From contig CAZQYQ010000002.1 in assembly GCA_964597625.1 (NCBI GenBank), positions 2,722-50,891 on the forward strand: a stretch of 48,170 nucleotides of DNA, read 5' to 3'. Source of the stretch: an uncultured bacterium (GTDB lineage: Bacteria > Muiribacteriota > Ozemobacteria > Ozemobacterales > Ozemobacteraceae). This document shows, piece by piece, positions 34,405 through 43,590 of this stretch (position 1 is its first letter; each line of letters opens with the position of its first letter). A program made the translations under genes and the position numbers. The notes under the pieces are model-generated. The model worked only from the letters and a program-made list of their open reading frames with translations. It was not told where the DNA came from and made no database searches.

Positions 34405-36054
34405 ATGCCCATGAATAATATTCATCTTCATATTCCGCTGCCGGCCAATGAGCCCGCGCATACATACGCCCCCGGAACCGAAGCCAGAAGACTCCTCAAA
34501 GCGGAGTTGCAGCGGCAGTCTCAGCAGGTCATTGAAATTCCGCTTCTGATTGGCGGCAAGGAAGTGCGCACCGGAACGCTCGTCGAGATTCGGGCACCAC
34601 ACCGGCATGATCTGCTGCTCGCGAGATATCACCAGGCCGGCCCCGAGGAGGTGCAACGTGCGATTCGATCCGCCAAGGAAGCCGCCGCGGAATGGGCCGC
34701 TCTCCCGTGGCACGAGCGGGCGGCGATCTTCCAGAAGGCCGCCGAACTTCTGGCCGGCCCATACCGAATGATATTAAATGCCGCCACCATGCTCGGACAG
34801 AGCAAGACAGCGCATCAGGCGGAAATAGACTCGGCCTGCGAGATGATCGATTTTTTGCGTTTCAACGTGCATTTCTGGGACACTCTTTTCGCGGGGCAGC
34901 CGCCGATTGCGAAAACATCAGAAGCCTGGAACCGGACCGAATACCGTCCCCTGGAAGGATTTGTTTTCGCGGTGACGCCGTTCAACTTCACGGCGATCGG
35001 CGGCAATCTGCCGACCGCTCCCGCCATGGCCGGCAATGTCGTCATCTGGAAACCGTCCGGCACGGCTGTTCTGAGCAATTTTTATCTGATGCGCGTTCTG
35101 CAGGAAGCGGGGCTTCCGGCCGGTGTCATCAATTTCGTTCCCTCGCGTGGAGCGACGATCGGCGATATCGTTTTCAACGATCCGGAGTTTGCCGGGCTGC
35201 ATTTTACCGGCTCCACATCCACATTCAACGGAATGTGGCGGCATATCGGAGAAAACCAGGCGAAGGGTATGTACCGCAACTTTCCGCGACTTGTCGGAGA
35301 AACCGGCGGCAAGGATTTCGTTTTCGCGTGTCCTGATGCAGACCCCGAAACGGTCGCGGTCGCACTTGTCCGCGGGGCTTTCGAGTATCAGGGGCAGAAG
35401 TGTTCGGCTGCAAGCCGGGCTTACATGCCGTCGTCCCTCTGGCCGGAGATCAAATCACGAATCGGCGAAATGCTGGCAAAGATCAACGTCGGCGACGTAT
35501 CCGATTTCACGAATTACATGGGAGCCGTGATAGACGGGGCTTCCTACAAGAACATCGTAAAGCACATAGAAGTCGCGCGGGCTTCTTCAGAAGCGGCCAT
35601 TGCATTCGGCGGCACGTATGACGAAGCGGAAGGATGGTTCATTCAGCCGACCGTGATCGAGACGACGAATCCGAAGTTCCGTCTGATGGCGGAAGAGATT
35701 TTCGGGCCGGTGCTGACGGTGTATGTCTATGATGATTCAAAGCTCGATGAAACGCTCACCATCCTCGATGAAACAAGTCCGTATGCCCTCACCGGTGCCG
35801 TTTTCAGTCGTGATCGCGGCTTGATCGGCAAGGTGGCGGATCGGCTGCGGTATGCCGCCGGCAATTTTTATATCAACGACAAGCCGACCGGCGCCGTGGT
35901 CGGTCAGCAGCCGTTCGGCGGCAGCCGCGCCAGCGGAACCAACGACAAGGCCGGCAGTCCGCTGAACCTGATGCGCTGGGTAAGCCCCCGCACGATCAAG
36001 GAAACTCTCGTTCCACCCCGCTCATTCGAATATCCCTTCATGGCCGAACACTGA
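34405..36054 (+). CDS. pruA: L-glutamate gamma-semialdehyde (1-pyrroline-5-carboxylate) dehydrogenase
   Basis: ATG 34405 lies after gggagaag. ALDH-superfamily motifs VGETGGKDF and EYQGQKCSAASR (catalytic Cys). N-terminus PANEPAHTYAPGTEARRLL and the about 549-aa length fit stand-alone P5CDH. Confidence 0.85.
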   Translation: MPMNNIHLHIPLPANEPAHTYAPGTEARRLLKAELQRQSQQVIEIPLLIGGKEVRTGTLVEIRAPHRHDLLLARYHQAGPEEVQRAIRSAKEAAAEWAALPWHERAAIFQKAAELLAGPYRMILNAATMLGQSKTAHQAEIDSACEMIDFLRFNVHFWDTLFAGQPPIAKTSEAWNRTEYRPLEGFVFAVTPFNFTAIGGNLPTAPAMAGNVVIWKPSGTAVLSNFYLMRVLQEAGLPAGVINFVPSRGATIGDIVFNDPEFAGLHFTGSTSTFNGMWRHIGENQAKGMYRNFPRLVGETGGKDFVFACPDADPETVAVALVRGAFEYQGQKCSAASRAYMPSSLWPEIKSRIGEMLAKINVGDVSDFTNYMGAVIDGASYKNIVKHIEVARASSEAAIAFGGTYDEAEGWFIQPTVIETTNPKFRLMAEEIFGPVLTVYVYDDSKLDETLTILDETSPYALTGAVFSRDRGLIGKVADRLRYAAGNFYINDKPTGAVVGQQPFGGSRASGTNDKAGSPLNLMRWVSPRTIKETLVPPRSFEYPFMAEH

Positions 36055-36178
36055 TCCACTCCGTTTTCCGATCGTTTTTTTCCCGGGACCGCTATCCTCT
36101 TTTGGGCAGGATGCTCTATACTGCGAGCCCTGGATCGACAGGATACGATCATGCGCAAGCCGCACCGGGAAGAAGGAT

Positions 36179-37420
36179 ATGCTCGACGAACATTATAAAA
36201 AGAATCTGATATTTTATCTGTCACTGATAGGTTTTTTCGGCATCTTTACGACAACGATGGCAAAAAACCCGGTCCTGCCGTTATTTGTAAAGGGAATGGG
36301 AGGATCCTCGGAGATCATCGGCATCATCTCCGCGATTTCACCGCTTGCCGGAATCCTGTTTTCCTTCCCCATCGGCGTCATGTCTGACAGGATCGGCAGG
36401 AGGAAAATCCTTCTGCTCTCCGGAAGCGTTTTTCTGCTCGCTCCGCTTCTGTATCTCCTTGTTTCAGACCCGTGGTATCTCATTCCCGTCAGGTTTTTTC
36501 ACGGCCTCGCCACCGCGATCCTTGGGCCAGTGGCTTCGGCTGCCATTGCCGAGGCCTACGACAAGAACAAGGGGGAAAAGCTCGGAACGTATTCCTCGGC
36601 GACGCTTATCGGACGCACCATTGCTCCCATTGCGGGTGGAGCCATTATCTCGGCTTTTCTGGCTCAGGGCGGGCTCTTTCCGTATAAAGCCGTCTACGCC
36701 GTGAGTTTCATCGCATCTGTACCGGCATTTCTGCTCTGCTTCTTCATCAGAGACAGTGAAGTGATCCACGCGGAGAAGAAGAAAGCGACCCGCGAGGAGT
36801 TCAGGGACAGTATCCGATATTTTCTGGGCGACAGTCGGCTGGTCTGCACGGCGCTCGTAGATATGGCCACGTATTTTGCGTTCGGAACATTCGAAACATA
36901 TCTTCCCATTTATCTTTCGGATACCGGGTTCAGCGCTGGAGTGATCGGTTTTATCTTCTCGCTCCAGATCCTTTCCATCGCATTGACAAAACCGCTCTTC
37001 GGAAAACTTGCCGACAGGACCGATAAACGCTTCCAGATCGCGACGGGATTGATCGTGCTTGGTTCCGCGATGCTCTTTCTGACGTTTTTCACAAGCGAGC
37101 TCCTTATCATCGCCGTCTCGCTTCTCTTCGGGCTGGGAATGTCGTTCTCGACCGTGGCAACCAGCGCATATACCGGTGATATCGCGGACAGGACAAAACT
37201 GGGTGCCTCGATGGGCGCTCTTTCGTCCATTATGGACATAGGCCATTCGTCCGGACCACTTGTGACAGGGTTCGTCATCACCTGGTTTTCCATCAGAGCC
37301 GGATTCATCACGAGTTTCGCGCTTTGCACAGGCGTTGCTCTCCTGTTCCTGCTTTTTACCGTAACCGCCAAGGAAGCCAAAGCGACGTTTCCCCAAGGGA
37401 CTCCCGCCCTGAAAAAGTGA
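36179..37420 (+). CDS. MFS transporter
   Basis: 12 predicted TM segments by eye. MFS motif A GVMSDRIGRRKILLLS between TM2 and TM3. Confidence 0.85.
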   Translation: MLDEHYKKNLIFYLSLIGFFGIFTTTMAKNPVLPLFVKGMGGSSEIIGIISAISPLAGILFSFPIGVMSDRIGRRKILLLSGSVFLLAPLLYLLVSDPWYLIPVRFFHGLATAILGPVASAAIAEAYDKNKGEKLGTYSSATLIGRTIAPIAGGAIISAFLAQGGLFPYKAVYAVSFIASVPAFLLCFFIRDSEVIHAEKKKATREEFRDSIRYFLGDSRLVCTALVDMATYFAFGTFETYLPIYLSDTGFSAGVIGFIFSLQILSIALTKPLFGKLADRTDKRFQIATGLIVLGSAMLFLTFFTSELLIIAVSLLFGLGMSFSTVATSAYTGDIADRTKLGASMGALSSIMDIGHSSGPLVTGFVITWFSIRAGFITSFALCTGVALLFLLFTVTAKEAKATFPQGTPALKK

Positions 37421-37511
37421 GAACCGGCAATGTTTTTACGCGTTTTCGAGGTGCCCGGAATTCCGAGTTGTCAGGGTGAAAAGGTTCCCTTGGAAGATTC
37501 CTCAGAACAGT

Positions 37512-37539
37512 TTGCTTTTTCGCGGATTTTGCGTATATT
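37512..37539 (+). promoter_or_regulatory. Candidate sigma70 promoter of the ArsR/SmtB-P1B ATPase operon
   Basis: TTGCTT (37512-17), 16-nt spacer, TATATT (37534-39). The operator palindrome begins 2 nt downstream. Confidence 0.45.
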
Positions 37540-37540
37540 C

Positions 37541-37566
37541 AATATATGAACAAGTGTTCAAGTATA
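37541..37566. promoter_or_regulatory. 12-2-12 imperfect inverted repeat, ArsR/SmtB-type operator (core TGAACA-ag-TGTTCA)
   Basis: aatatatgaaca ag tgttcaagtata. 9 of 12 positions are symmetric and the central 6+6 are perfect (37547-37560). Matches the TGAACA-containing 12-2-12 operators known for SmtB/CzrA/CadC-type repressors. Confidence 0.7.
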
Positions 37567-37905
37567 CACATGCCTGACTGGTGCTGCGACCACCGCCTCG
37601 ATGAGGTGGCCGAGCTTTTCAAGTGCCTCGCCGATCCGACCAGGCTCAAGCTGCTCTGCGCGATGGTGAATGCCGAACAGACGGTCGGGGAACTGGCCAC
37701 AGCGGCCGGCGCGACGCCTTCGGCGGTTTCGCATCAACTGCGCATTCTCCGTGCCATGCGGCTTGTTCAGGCACGACGCGAAGGCCGTTACATCCATTAC
37801 TCGCTTGCCGATGAGCATGTTTCCGATCTTCTCGAAGTTGCCATCACTCATGCCGGAGAGCCGGCCGATCCCTCGGCGTGGCATGTTACCGAATTTGAGG
37901 AATGA
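37546..37905 (+). CDS. ArsR/SmtB-family metal-sensing repressor (alpha5 site residues present, N-terminal Cys pair)
   Basis: LADPTRLKLLCAM...TVGELA...PSAVSHQLRILR (winged HTH). DEHVSDLLEVAITHAGE gives the D-x-H...H-x-x-E alpha5 pattern. N-terminal PDWCCDH. ATG 37546 lies inside the operator, and 37570 (MPDWCC...) is an alternative start. Confidence 0.88.
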   Translation: MNKCSSIHMPDWCCDHRLDEVAELFKCLADPTRLKLLCAMVNAEQTVGELATAAGATPSAVSHQLRILRAMRLVQARREGRYIHYSLADEHVSDLLEVAITHAGEPADPSAWHVTEFEE

Positions 37906-37940
37906 TCCATGCTGAATGCCGCTGAAAGGATGTTCAGGCG

Positions 37941-40061
37941 ATGAATACGCATCCGACACACACGCACGTATGGAAAATCGTCGGTCTCGACTGCCCCACC
38001 TGCGCAAAAGAGCTTGAAACCGAGATAAGATCGCGGGTCGGCGTTGCTGAAGCAGAACTCGATTTCATGGGCGGCACGGTTCGCGTGAGCTGCACCCTCG
38101 AAGGCGGCTGCGAGGCAATCATCGACGGCCTGGCTGACGAGCACGGCGTCTCGTTCCAGCCGGTCATGCCGGCCGGTGATACCCGACCATCGCATGATGA
38201 CATCGCCGTCTCGACGGGCCCGGCGCCGCTTGAAGCTGCCGTCATGATCGTTTCCGGCATGCTGATCGTCCTGTCATGGCTGAGAGGGTATTTTGCTCCC
38301 CTTCCCCTCGCTATGCTCGTCGCAGGCTGGCCTGTGGCCGGAAAAGCTCTTGCGGAGCTGAGGCGGCGCACCCTGGGCATGAATGCGCTCATGCTGATTG
38401 CCGCCGTCGGAGCGGGCATCCTGGGTGAGTGGCAGGAAGGCGCGATGGTGCTGTTCCTGTATGCGATCGCGAAGTGGCTCGAGCGGATCAGCAGCGAAAA
38501 AGCCCGTTCATCCATCGAGGCGCTGCGTCGCAATCTTCCCAGTCTCGCGCACCTGGTCGATGAGGCGGGAAACGAGCATGCGACACCGATCAGCCAGATC
38601 CAGACAGGCGAAAAGATTCGCATCAGGCCGGGCGAAACCATTCCGATGGATGGAATGGTCATCGAAGGCTCGTCGAGTATCGATGAAAGCAGCATGACAG
38701 GCGAAAGCACGCTGGTTGCGAAAAGTTCCGGCAGCGAGCTCCTCGCCGGAACGCAGAATATCGACGGCATGCTGCTGATGGCCGTTACGGCCCCGGCATC
38801 CGAGTCGAGATTTTCCCGCATCATGATGTCCGTCCAGAAGGCGCAGGCCCGGAAAACCGCGTTTCAAAGCGCCATGGAACGCTTCGCCGCGATCTACACT
38901 CCCGCGGTCGTCGCGATCGCTGTTGCCGTTGCGGTTCTCCCACCGTTGTTCGGTATCTGGACGGGGATACAATCCGTGTATGCCGCGCTGGTTCTGCTTG
39001 TGATCGCATGCCCGTGTTCGCTCGTGCTGGCCTCGCCGGTAACGCTTGTTTCAGCGATGGCTGCCGCCGCACGCTCCGGCATCCTCATCAGAAGCGGCAG
39101 CGTTCTCGAAGAAGCCGCCGCCATCAGGGCCGTGGCATTCGACAAGACAGGCACGATCACGGTCGGCGAACCCGAAATTCTCGGTCTGTTCCCGATGAAC
39201 GGCATGGATGAAGCCGGCCTGCTCCGCATCACCGCCTCGCTGGAGGCCGGTTCCGAACATCCGCTGGCTCCCGCGTTCCGTCAGCGCGCGCACAAAACCG
39301 GCATCGCGCTTCTGCATGTCGAGGGATTCAAAGCTGTTCCTGGCCATGGCGTCATCGGCTGCATCGGCACCACGACATATCGGTTCGGCGAAGCCGCATG
39401 GGCGCTGGAAAACTGCTCCGAGGCCCTGCGCCGCCTGCCGGATATTCCGGCGACATGCGTCACGGCGTCGGCGCTTTGCGATGGAAGCAGGCTTCTCGGC
39501 ATCGTCACCATGGGCGACAGAATTCGGCCTGAGGCAAAAGAGGCGATCGCACGCATGCACGAGTCCGGCGTGACGAAAACGTTTCTTCTGTCAGGTGATC
39601 GCGAGGAAACGGCCCGCGAGTATGCCGAAGTCGTCGGAATCACGGCCGCGGAAGGACGTCTGACACCCGAAGCCAAATGCGGCCGCATCGAGTCTCTGAC
39701 GGCGGCTCACGGCCCGGTCATGATGGTCGGCGACGGGATCAACGACACTCCCGCTCTCGCGACCGCCGCCGTCGGCGTCGCCATGGGAACCCGCGGCAGT
39801 GACGCCGCTCTCGAGACCGCCGGCGCCGTGCTTCTTCATGACGACCTGCGCCGTCTGCCTCTGCTGATCAGCCTCGCACACCGCGCCGACCGCATCGTGC
39901 GCCAGAACATCGCCGTTTCCATCGGCCTGAAAATCACGGTCTTTGCCCTCTCGCTGTCCGGCCTGGCGACGCTCTGGATGGCAGTCCTGGCCGACACCGG
40001 CGCATCCGTGATCGTCGTCATGAACGGCCTCCGCGCCCTGAAATCGCCCCGCTGGAAGTGA
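37941..40061 (+). CDS. zntA: P1B-type heavy-metal ATPase, Zn/Cd/Pb (ZntA/CadA) class
   Basis: N-terminal HMA GLDCPTCAKELE, TM CPC motif ACPCSLVLASP, DKTGTIT, SEHPLA, GDGINDTPAL, C-terminal LADTGASVIVVMNGLR as in ZntA. His-rich N-terminus HPTHTH. Confidence 0.9.
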   Translation: MNTHPTHTHVWKIVGLDCPTCAKELETEIRSRVGVAEAELDFMGGTVRVSCTLEGGCEAIIDGLADEHGVSFQPVMPAGDTRPSHDDIAVSTGPAPLEAAVMIVSGMLIVLSWLRGYFAPLPLAMLVAGWPVAGKALAELRRRTLGMNALMLIAAVGAGILGEWQEGAMVLFLYAIAKWLERISSEKARSSIEALRRNLPSLAHLVDEAGNEHATPISQIQTGEKIRIRPGETIPMDGMVIEGSSSIDESSMTGESTLVAKSSGSELLAGTQNIDGMLLMAVTAPASESRFSRIMMSVQKAQARKTAFQSAMERFAAIYTPAVVAIAVAVAVLPPLFGIWTGIQSVYAALVLLVIACPCSLVLASPVTLVSAMAAAARSGILIRSGSVLEEAAAIRAVAFDKTGTITVGEPEILGLFPMNGMDEAGLLRITASLEAGSEHPLAPAFRQRAHKTGIALLHVEGFKAVPGHGVIGCIGTTTYRFGEAAWALENCSEALRRLPDIPATCVTASALCDGSRLLGIVTMGDRIRPEAKEAIARMHESGVTKTFLLSGDREETAREYAEVVGITAAEGRLTPEAKCGRIESLTAAHGPVMMVGDGINDTPALATAAVGVAMGTRGSDAALETAGAVLLHDDLRRLPLLISLAHRADRIVRQNIAVSIGLKITVFALSLSGLATLWMAVLADTGASVIVVMNGLRALKSPRWK

Positions 40062-40153
40062 CGTCACGGCTTCTCACGGATGACTCCGCATCCGCATGGT
40101 GAAATTCCCGTCTCCCGTTCGACGGCATGCATCTCCTGAAGTTTCCGATGGAA

Positions 40154-41494
40154 TCAGGACTTGCGAAAGCTTTTCAGCAGTTCGACCAGTTTCAACAGTT
40201 TTGCGCAGGCCTGTGTGGCGTCGGGGTTCTGACCGGCGGCCTGAAGATCTGCGGCCAGCCCGTAGGGATCCTGGTTCGGGTTCAAAAGCGGCAGTTCAAG
40301 CCATGTTGCGTATCCACGGGCCAGCCGGGTCAGAAGCCGGACGGCATCCGTATCGGGCCGGGCCTTGACAAGCTGTCTGGCGCAATCCAGAACCCCATTG
40401 AGGAAGGAAAGCCCGTCATTCCGGCTGATGCCGATCAGAACCGGTTTGACAAACGCGTCATACGACGGCAGGGCGCCTGTTTTAATGCGATTATTATATA
40501 ATTTCTTCAATTGAATCAGGGTGCGGGCGGAAATATCCTTCTGATCGAGACGCAGGATCATATCATCGTCGGGTTCCTGAGCCTGAGGCAGGGTCAGCCG
40601 ATCCATCGTCTCCAGCCAGCGGGGCAACACCCGGACGGCGGTGTCGGAAAGCAGCCAGCGGGCATTCATTCCCACTTTCCGGTGCCCGTGTTTCAAGGCC
40701 TTTCTGGAATCGATCAGAAGAAGTTCATTCGCCAGATCGCCCCGCTTCACGGCATAATCGACATCGGAAGTCCCGCGAATCCTGGCGGCTATTTCCGTGA
40801 AACGCTTGCGGGCGTCTGCTTTGAATGTCGCGCTCATCGCACCCGACTCTTCTTCCAGCCTGGCGGAGATTTTGTCGAGCAGGATTTTTCCGCGTTCGTT
40901 CCAGAGAGTCTCCGGTGCGGAATGAATCAGGTCGGTGATTTTGCCGAGAATCCCCGGGGCATCGTTGGCCTGACCGACGCGGACCGGATTCCGAAGATCC
41001 TTCGGAGGAATCAGACAAGGCTTGAAATCAGCAATGATGCAGGCTTGCGCATCCGTCAGGATGTCATCGACGTCTTTTTCCAGGGCGGCAATCCGATCCT
41101 GCGCGGTTCCCACCGCCTCTTTCATTTCGCGATCGAGTTTCCCGGCCTGCCCCTGTGCCTCTTTTTCCGCACCCGGAGTCGAATACAGCGAATCCCGCAG
41201 GGTGGAAAAGGTCTTCAGGACCTGCTGCTTTCTGGCAAGGAAGGGGGCAATCGCCGTCTCTTTGATCGCCTGTGCTTTCCGAGCCAGCGGTAAAAGTTTC
41301 TGGATCTGCTCTTTGGAGAGATACAGTCCGCGCAGAAGATTCAACAGGGAAATCTCCTCGCGTGTTTCTTCGAGCTCGATCGGGATCTTCGGAGTGGCGC
41401 AAACCACGGGGGAAAATCCCACTGATGCCAGGAAAACGGCACCGGGCAGAACCAGCGACCGGGCCAGGGCAGCACGAATGAAGCGGGATATCAT
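40154..41494 (-). CDS. Exported helical protein of unknown function
   Basis: ATG (cat 41492-41494) is preceded by GAGGAGG. Sec-type signal MISRFIRAALARSLVLPGAVFLASVGFSPVVCA. Lies 23 nt downstream of the radical SAM gene. No motif recognised. The track start 41638 overlaps the upstream gene. Confidence 0.65.
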   Translation of the reverse strand: MISRFIRAALARSLVLPGAVFLASVGFSPVVCATPKIPIELEETREEISLLNLLRGLYLSKEQIQKLLPLARKAQAIKETAIAPFLARKQQVLKTFSTLRDSLYSTPGAEKEAQGQAGKLDREMKEAVGTAQDRIAALEKDVDDILTDAQACIIADFKPCLIPPKDLRNPVRVGQANDAPGILGKITDLIHSAPETLWNERGKILLDKISARLEEESGAMSATFKADARKRFTEIAARIRGTSDVDYAVKRGDLANELLLIDSRKALKHGHRKVGMNARWLLSDTAVRVLPRWLETMDRLTLPQAQEPDDDMILRLDQKDISARTLIQLKKLYNNRIKTGALPSYDAFVKPVLIGISRNDGLSFLNGVLDCARQLVKARPDTDAVRLLTRLARGYATWLELPLLNPNQDPYGLAADLQAAGQNPDATQACAKLLKLVELLKSFRKS

Positions 41495-41517
41495 GGCGAT
41501 CCTCCTCGAAGCGAAGC

Positions 41518-42633
41518 TTACCGGTTCCAGCGACCGGGAATCAAGGTCTGGCAGGATGGACATTTCCCCTCGGCCAGACGATTTTTCAAAATCTGAAAGC
41601 CGAGTCGCTCGATGAGCGTCTGGCCGCATTTCGGGCAATACGTGTGATTGCCTTCATGCCCCGGAACATTCCCGGTGTAAACATATCTCAGACCGGCATT
41701 CAGAGCTGTTTTTCGCGCCTGGTCCAAAACGCTGACCGGCGTGGGGGGAAGGTTTTTCAGTTGAAATTGAGGGTTGAAGCGCGTGAAATGAAGGGGAACA
41801 TCCGGGCCGAGATTTTCGGCAAACCAGTCTGCTTCTGATTTGATGCTCGCTTCCTGATCGTTCAGGGTCGGCACCAGCAGGGTAACGACTTCCAGATGCT
41901 TTTTGGCGGCGGAAATGCGTTTCAGGGTTTCGAGAACCGGCGGGAAAGAGCCCTTGATCACCGTTTGATAATACTCCTGGGAAAAGCCCTTCAGCCCTAC
42001 GGTGAACGCGTCGATACAGTCCAGAAGATCTTCCAGGGGCTTGGGCTGGAGGTATCCGGCCGTCACCATGACCGTCACCAGGCCGGCCTTGCGGGCCTGG
42101 CGGGCGACATCCTTCATATACTCGATATAGATGGTGGGCTCAGTGTAAAAAAAGGCGATACCGCCGACGTGATATTCCCTGGCTTTGGCAACCACGTCTT
42201 CGGGCTGGAGCGCAAAGTTGCGGGTTTCTTCCGGGGGTTTCTGCGAGAACTGCCAGTTCTGACAATATCTGCAGCCCAGGTTACACCCGGCAGTCGCAAT
42301 CGAGAAGGCATTTCCCGGAACCGGAAAGTGATAGAGCGGACACTTTTCAACAGGATCCAGAGCCAGCACGCAGGGGTTCGCATAGACCAAAGAATAATAT
42401 TTCCCCCCCCGGGGTTCGCGCACCCGGCACTGGCTTCGCTCACCTTCTCCGCGAACGCAGCCGTTCGGACAGAGCAGACAATGAATCCGGCCGTCCGGCA
42501 GAACTTCATAATATTCCGCTTCACGCGGGGTCGCCGGCAACGCGGCCCAGGCGCCGGTATTCAGAATTCCGGCCGGGGCGAGCGAAAGGAAACAAGCTCC
42601 GGCGCAGCTTTGTAAAAATGATCGTCGGTGCAT
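41518..42633 (-). CDS. AmmeMemoRadiSam-type radical SAM enzyme carrying an N-terminal twin-arginine signal
   Basis: MHRRSFLQSCAGACFLSLAPAGILNTGAWA (RRxFL, h-region, AxA). Then EAEYYEVLPDGRIHCLLCPNGC, radical SAM triad CNLGCRYCQNW, FFYTEPTIYIEY, and a C-terminal HTYCPKCG...GKCPSCQ ribbon. GGAG lies 10 nt upstream of ATG 42633. The track start 42642 is GTG. Confidence 0.85.
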   Translation of the reverse strand: MHRRSFLQSCAGACFLSLAPAGILNTGAWAALPATPREAEYYEVLPDGRIHCLLCPNGCVRGEGERSQCRVREPRGGKYYSLVYANPCVLALDPVEKCPLYHFPVPGNAFSIATAGCNLGCRYCQNWQFSQKPPEETRNFALQPEDVVAKAREYHVGGIAFFYTEPTIYIEYMKDVARQARKAGLVTVMVTAGYLQPKPLEDLLDCIDAFTVGLKGFSQEYYQTVIKGSFPPVLETLKRISAAKKHLEVVTLLVPTLNDQEASIKSEADWFAENLGPDVPLHFTRFNPQFQLKNLPPTPVSVLDQARKTALNAGLRYVYTGNVPGHEGNHTYCPKCGQTLIERLGFQILKNRLAEGKCPSCQTLIPGRWNR

Positions 42634-42852
42634 GCGCGACACGCTCCAAACAGGGAGTTTCCATCATTGAGACGAAAAAAGGGTAGCAGGTTACAGCGTC
42701 TTTGTCGAAACGGCAGAGCACCCTTCTTTTCTTCCGATCAATCAATCGGGTTCAAGGCCGATTGGGAAAAGGGAGCATGAGAGCCACCAGAGCTGGGAGG
42801 ATGGGTGATAGAATGGGGAAGAGAGGCTTTGAGAGAGGTGGAGAGGATGCTC

Positions 42853-43590
42853 ATGCGGAAAAGAAACGATTGTGTCTGCCTGAACTGCGTCAGCCGAACA
42901 CCGACAGCCCATTTTTCGCACCATCCGAATCGGATCTGGGGGATGGTGGTGATGATGGTGGTATTTTGGATACTGTCTGGTGTCTGGCCGGGCCAGGCCG
43001 GGGAAACATCCTGGAGCTTTCGACTGCAGCCAGGCCGTTTTCCGGACCCCGTCTGGGAAGGATCGGACCTGAAGATCCTTGTCAGGCAAATCAGCAAAAG
43101 CATGGAAAACGCCCTGAAGGAAGTGGAGAAAACGGGGCGGATCCTGCAGCCTCCGCCTGTTGCGGCGTTTCCGGCATGGTCGCGGTGCCAGGAGATCGGG
43201 AATCAGGCACGGCCCGATCTGATGGTGGTGCGAATGAACCTGGCAGCGCTGAAGGCAGCAGTGGCCATGGTGAAGGGAACATTCGACCGAATGGATGAGG
43301 ACAGGCTCGTGGAAGGACTGCCGTTCGGGTATTCGCCAGGCGACTGGGGAGCGGAGATTCTTCACGATTTCCGTCTGCAGGGCTGTTCCAGGAAAGCCCT
43401 CCTGCGTGTTCTGACGATCCAGCAGGGGGCGGCGCGGGAGTTGTGGATGGATCTGCGGGACGAGATCAACCGCGACATCGTCTGGGCACACCACGCCTGG
43501 GAAAAAGTGAAAAACCATCCCGACCCGATGGTACGCAATCCGGCAGCCTGGAAGCTCTGGCAGGCCATGGGTTTCCCCCCCAGATGGTAG
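42853..43590 (+). CDS. Hypothetical, probably exported protein
   Basis: The + frame has protein-like composition and a hydrophobic segment IWGMVVMMVVFWILSGVWPGQA. The overlapping minus ORF (42742..43623) is R/P/H/C-rich. Start uncertain: ATG 42853 lies after ggagagg, and alternatives are 42847 or 42943. Confidence 0.55.
   Translation: MRKRNDCVCLNCVSRTPTAHFSHHPNRIWGMVVMMVVFWILSGVWPGQAGETSWSFRLQPGRFPDPVWEGSDLKILVRQISKSMENALKEVEKTGRILQPPPVAAFPAWSRCQEIGNQARPDLMVVRMNLAALKAAVAMVKGTFDRMDEDRLVEGLPFGYSPGDWGAEILHDFRLQGCSRKALLRVLTIQQGAARELWMDLRDEINRDIVWAHHAWEKVKNHPDPMVRNPAAWKLWQAMGFPPRW

Noticed and set aside
42521-42745. 74-aa minus-strand ORF upstream of and overlapping the radical SAM start, considered as a possible RiPP precursor peptide
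   Set aside because: It overlaps the radical SAM N-terminus out of frame, has no SD and has R/K/F-rich junk-like composition. AmmeMemoRadiSam-type enzymes are not known RiPP maturases. No other small ORF lies in the 210-nt spacer.
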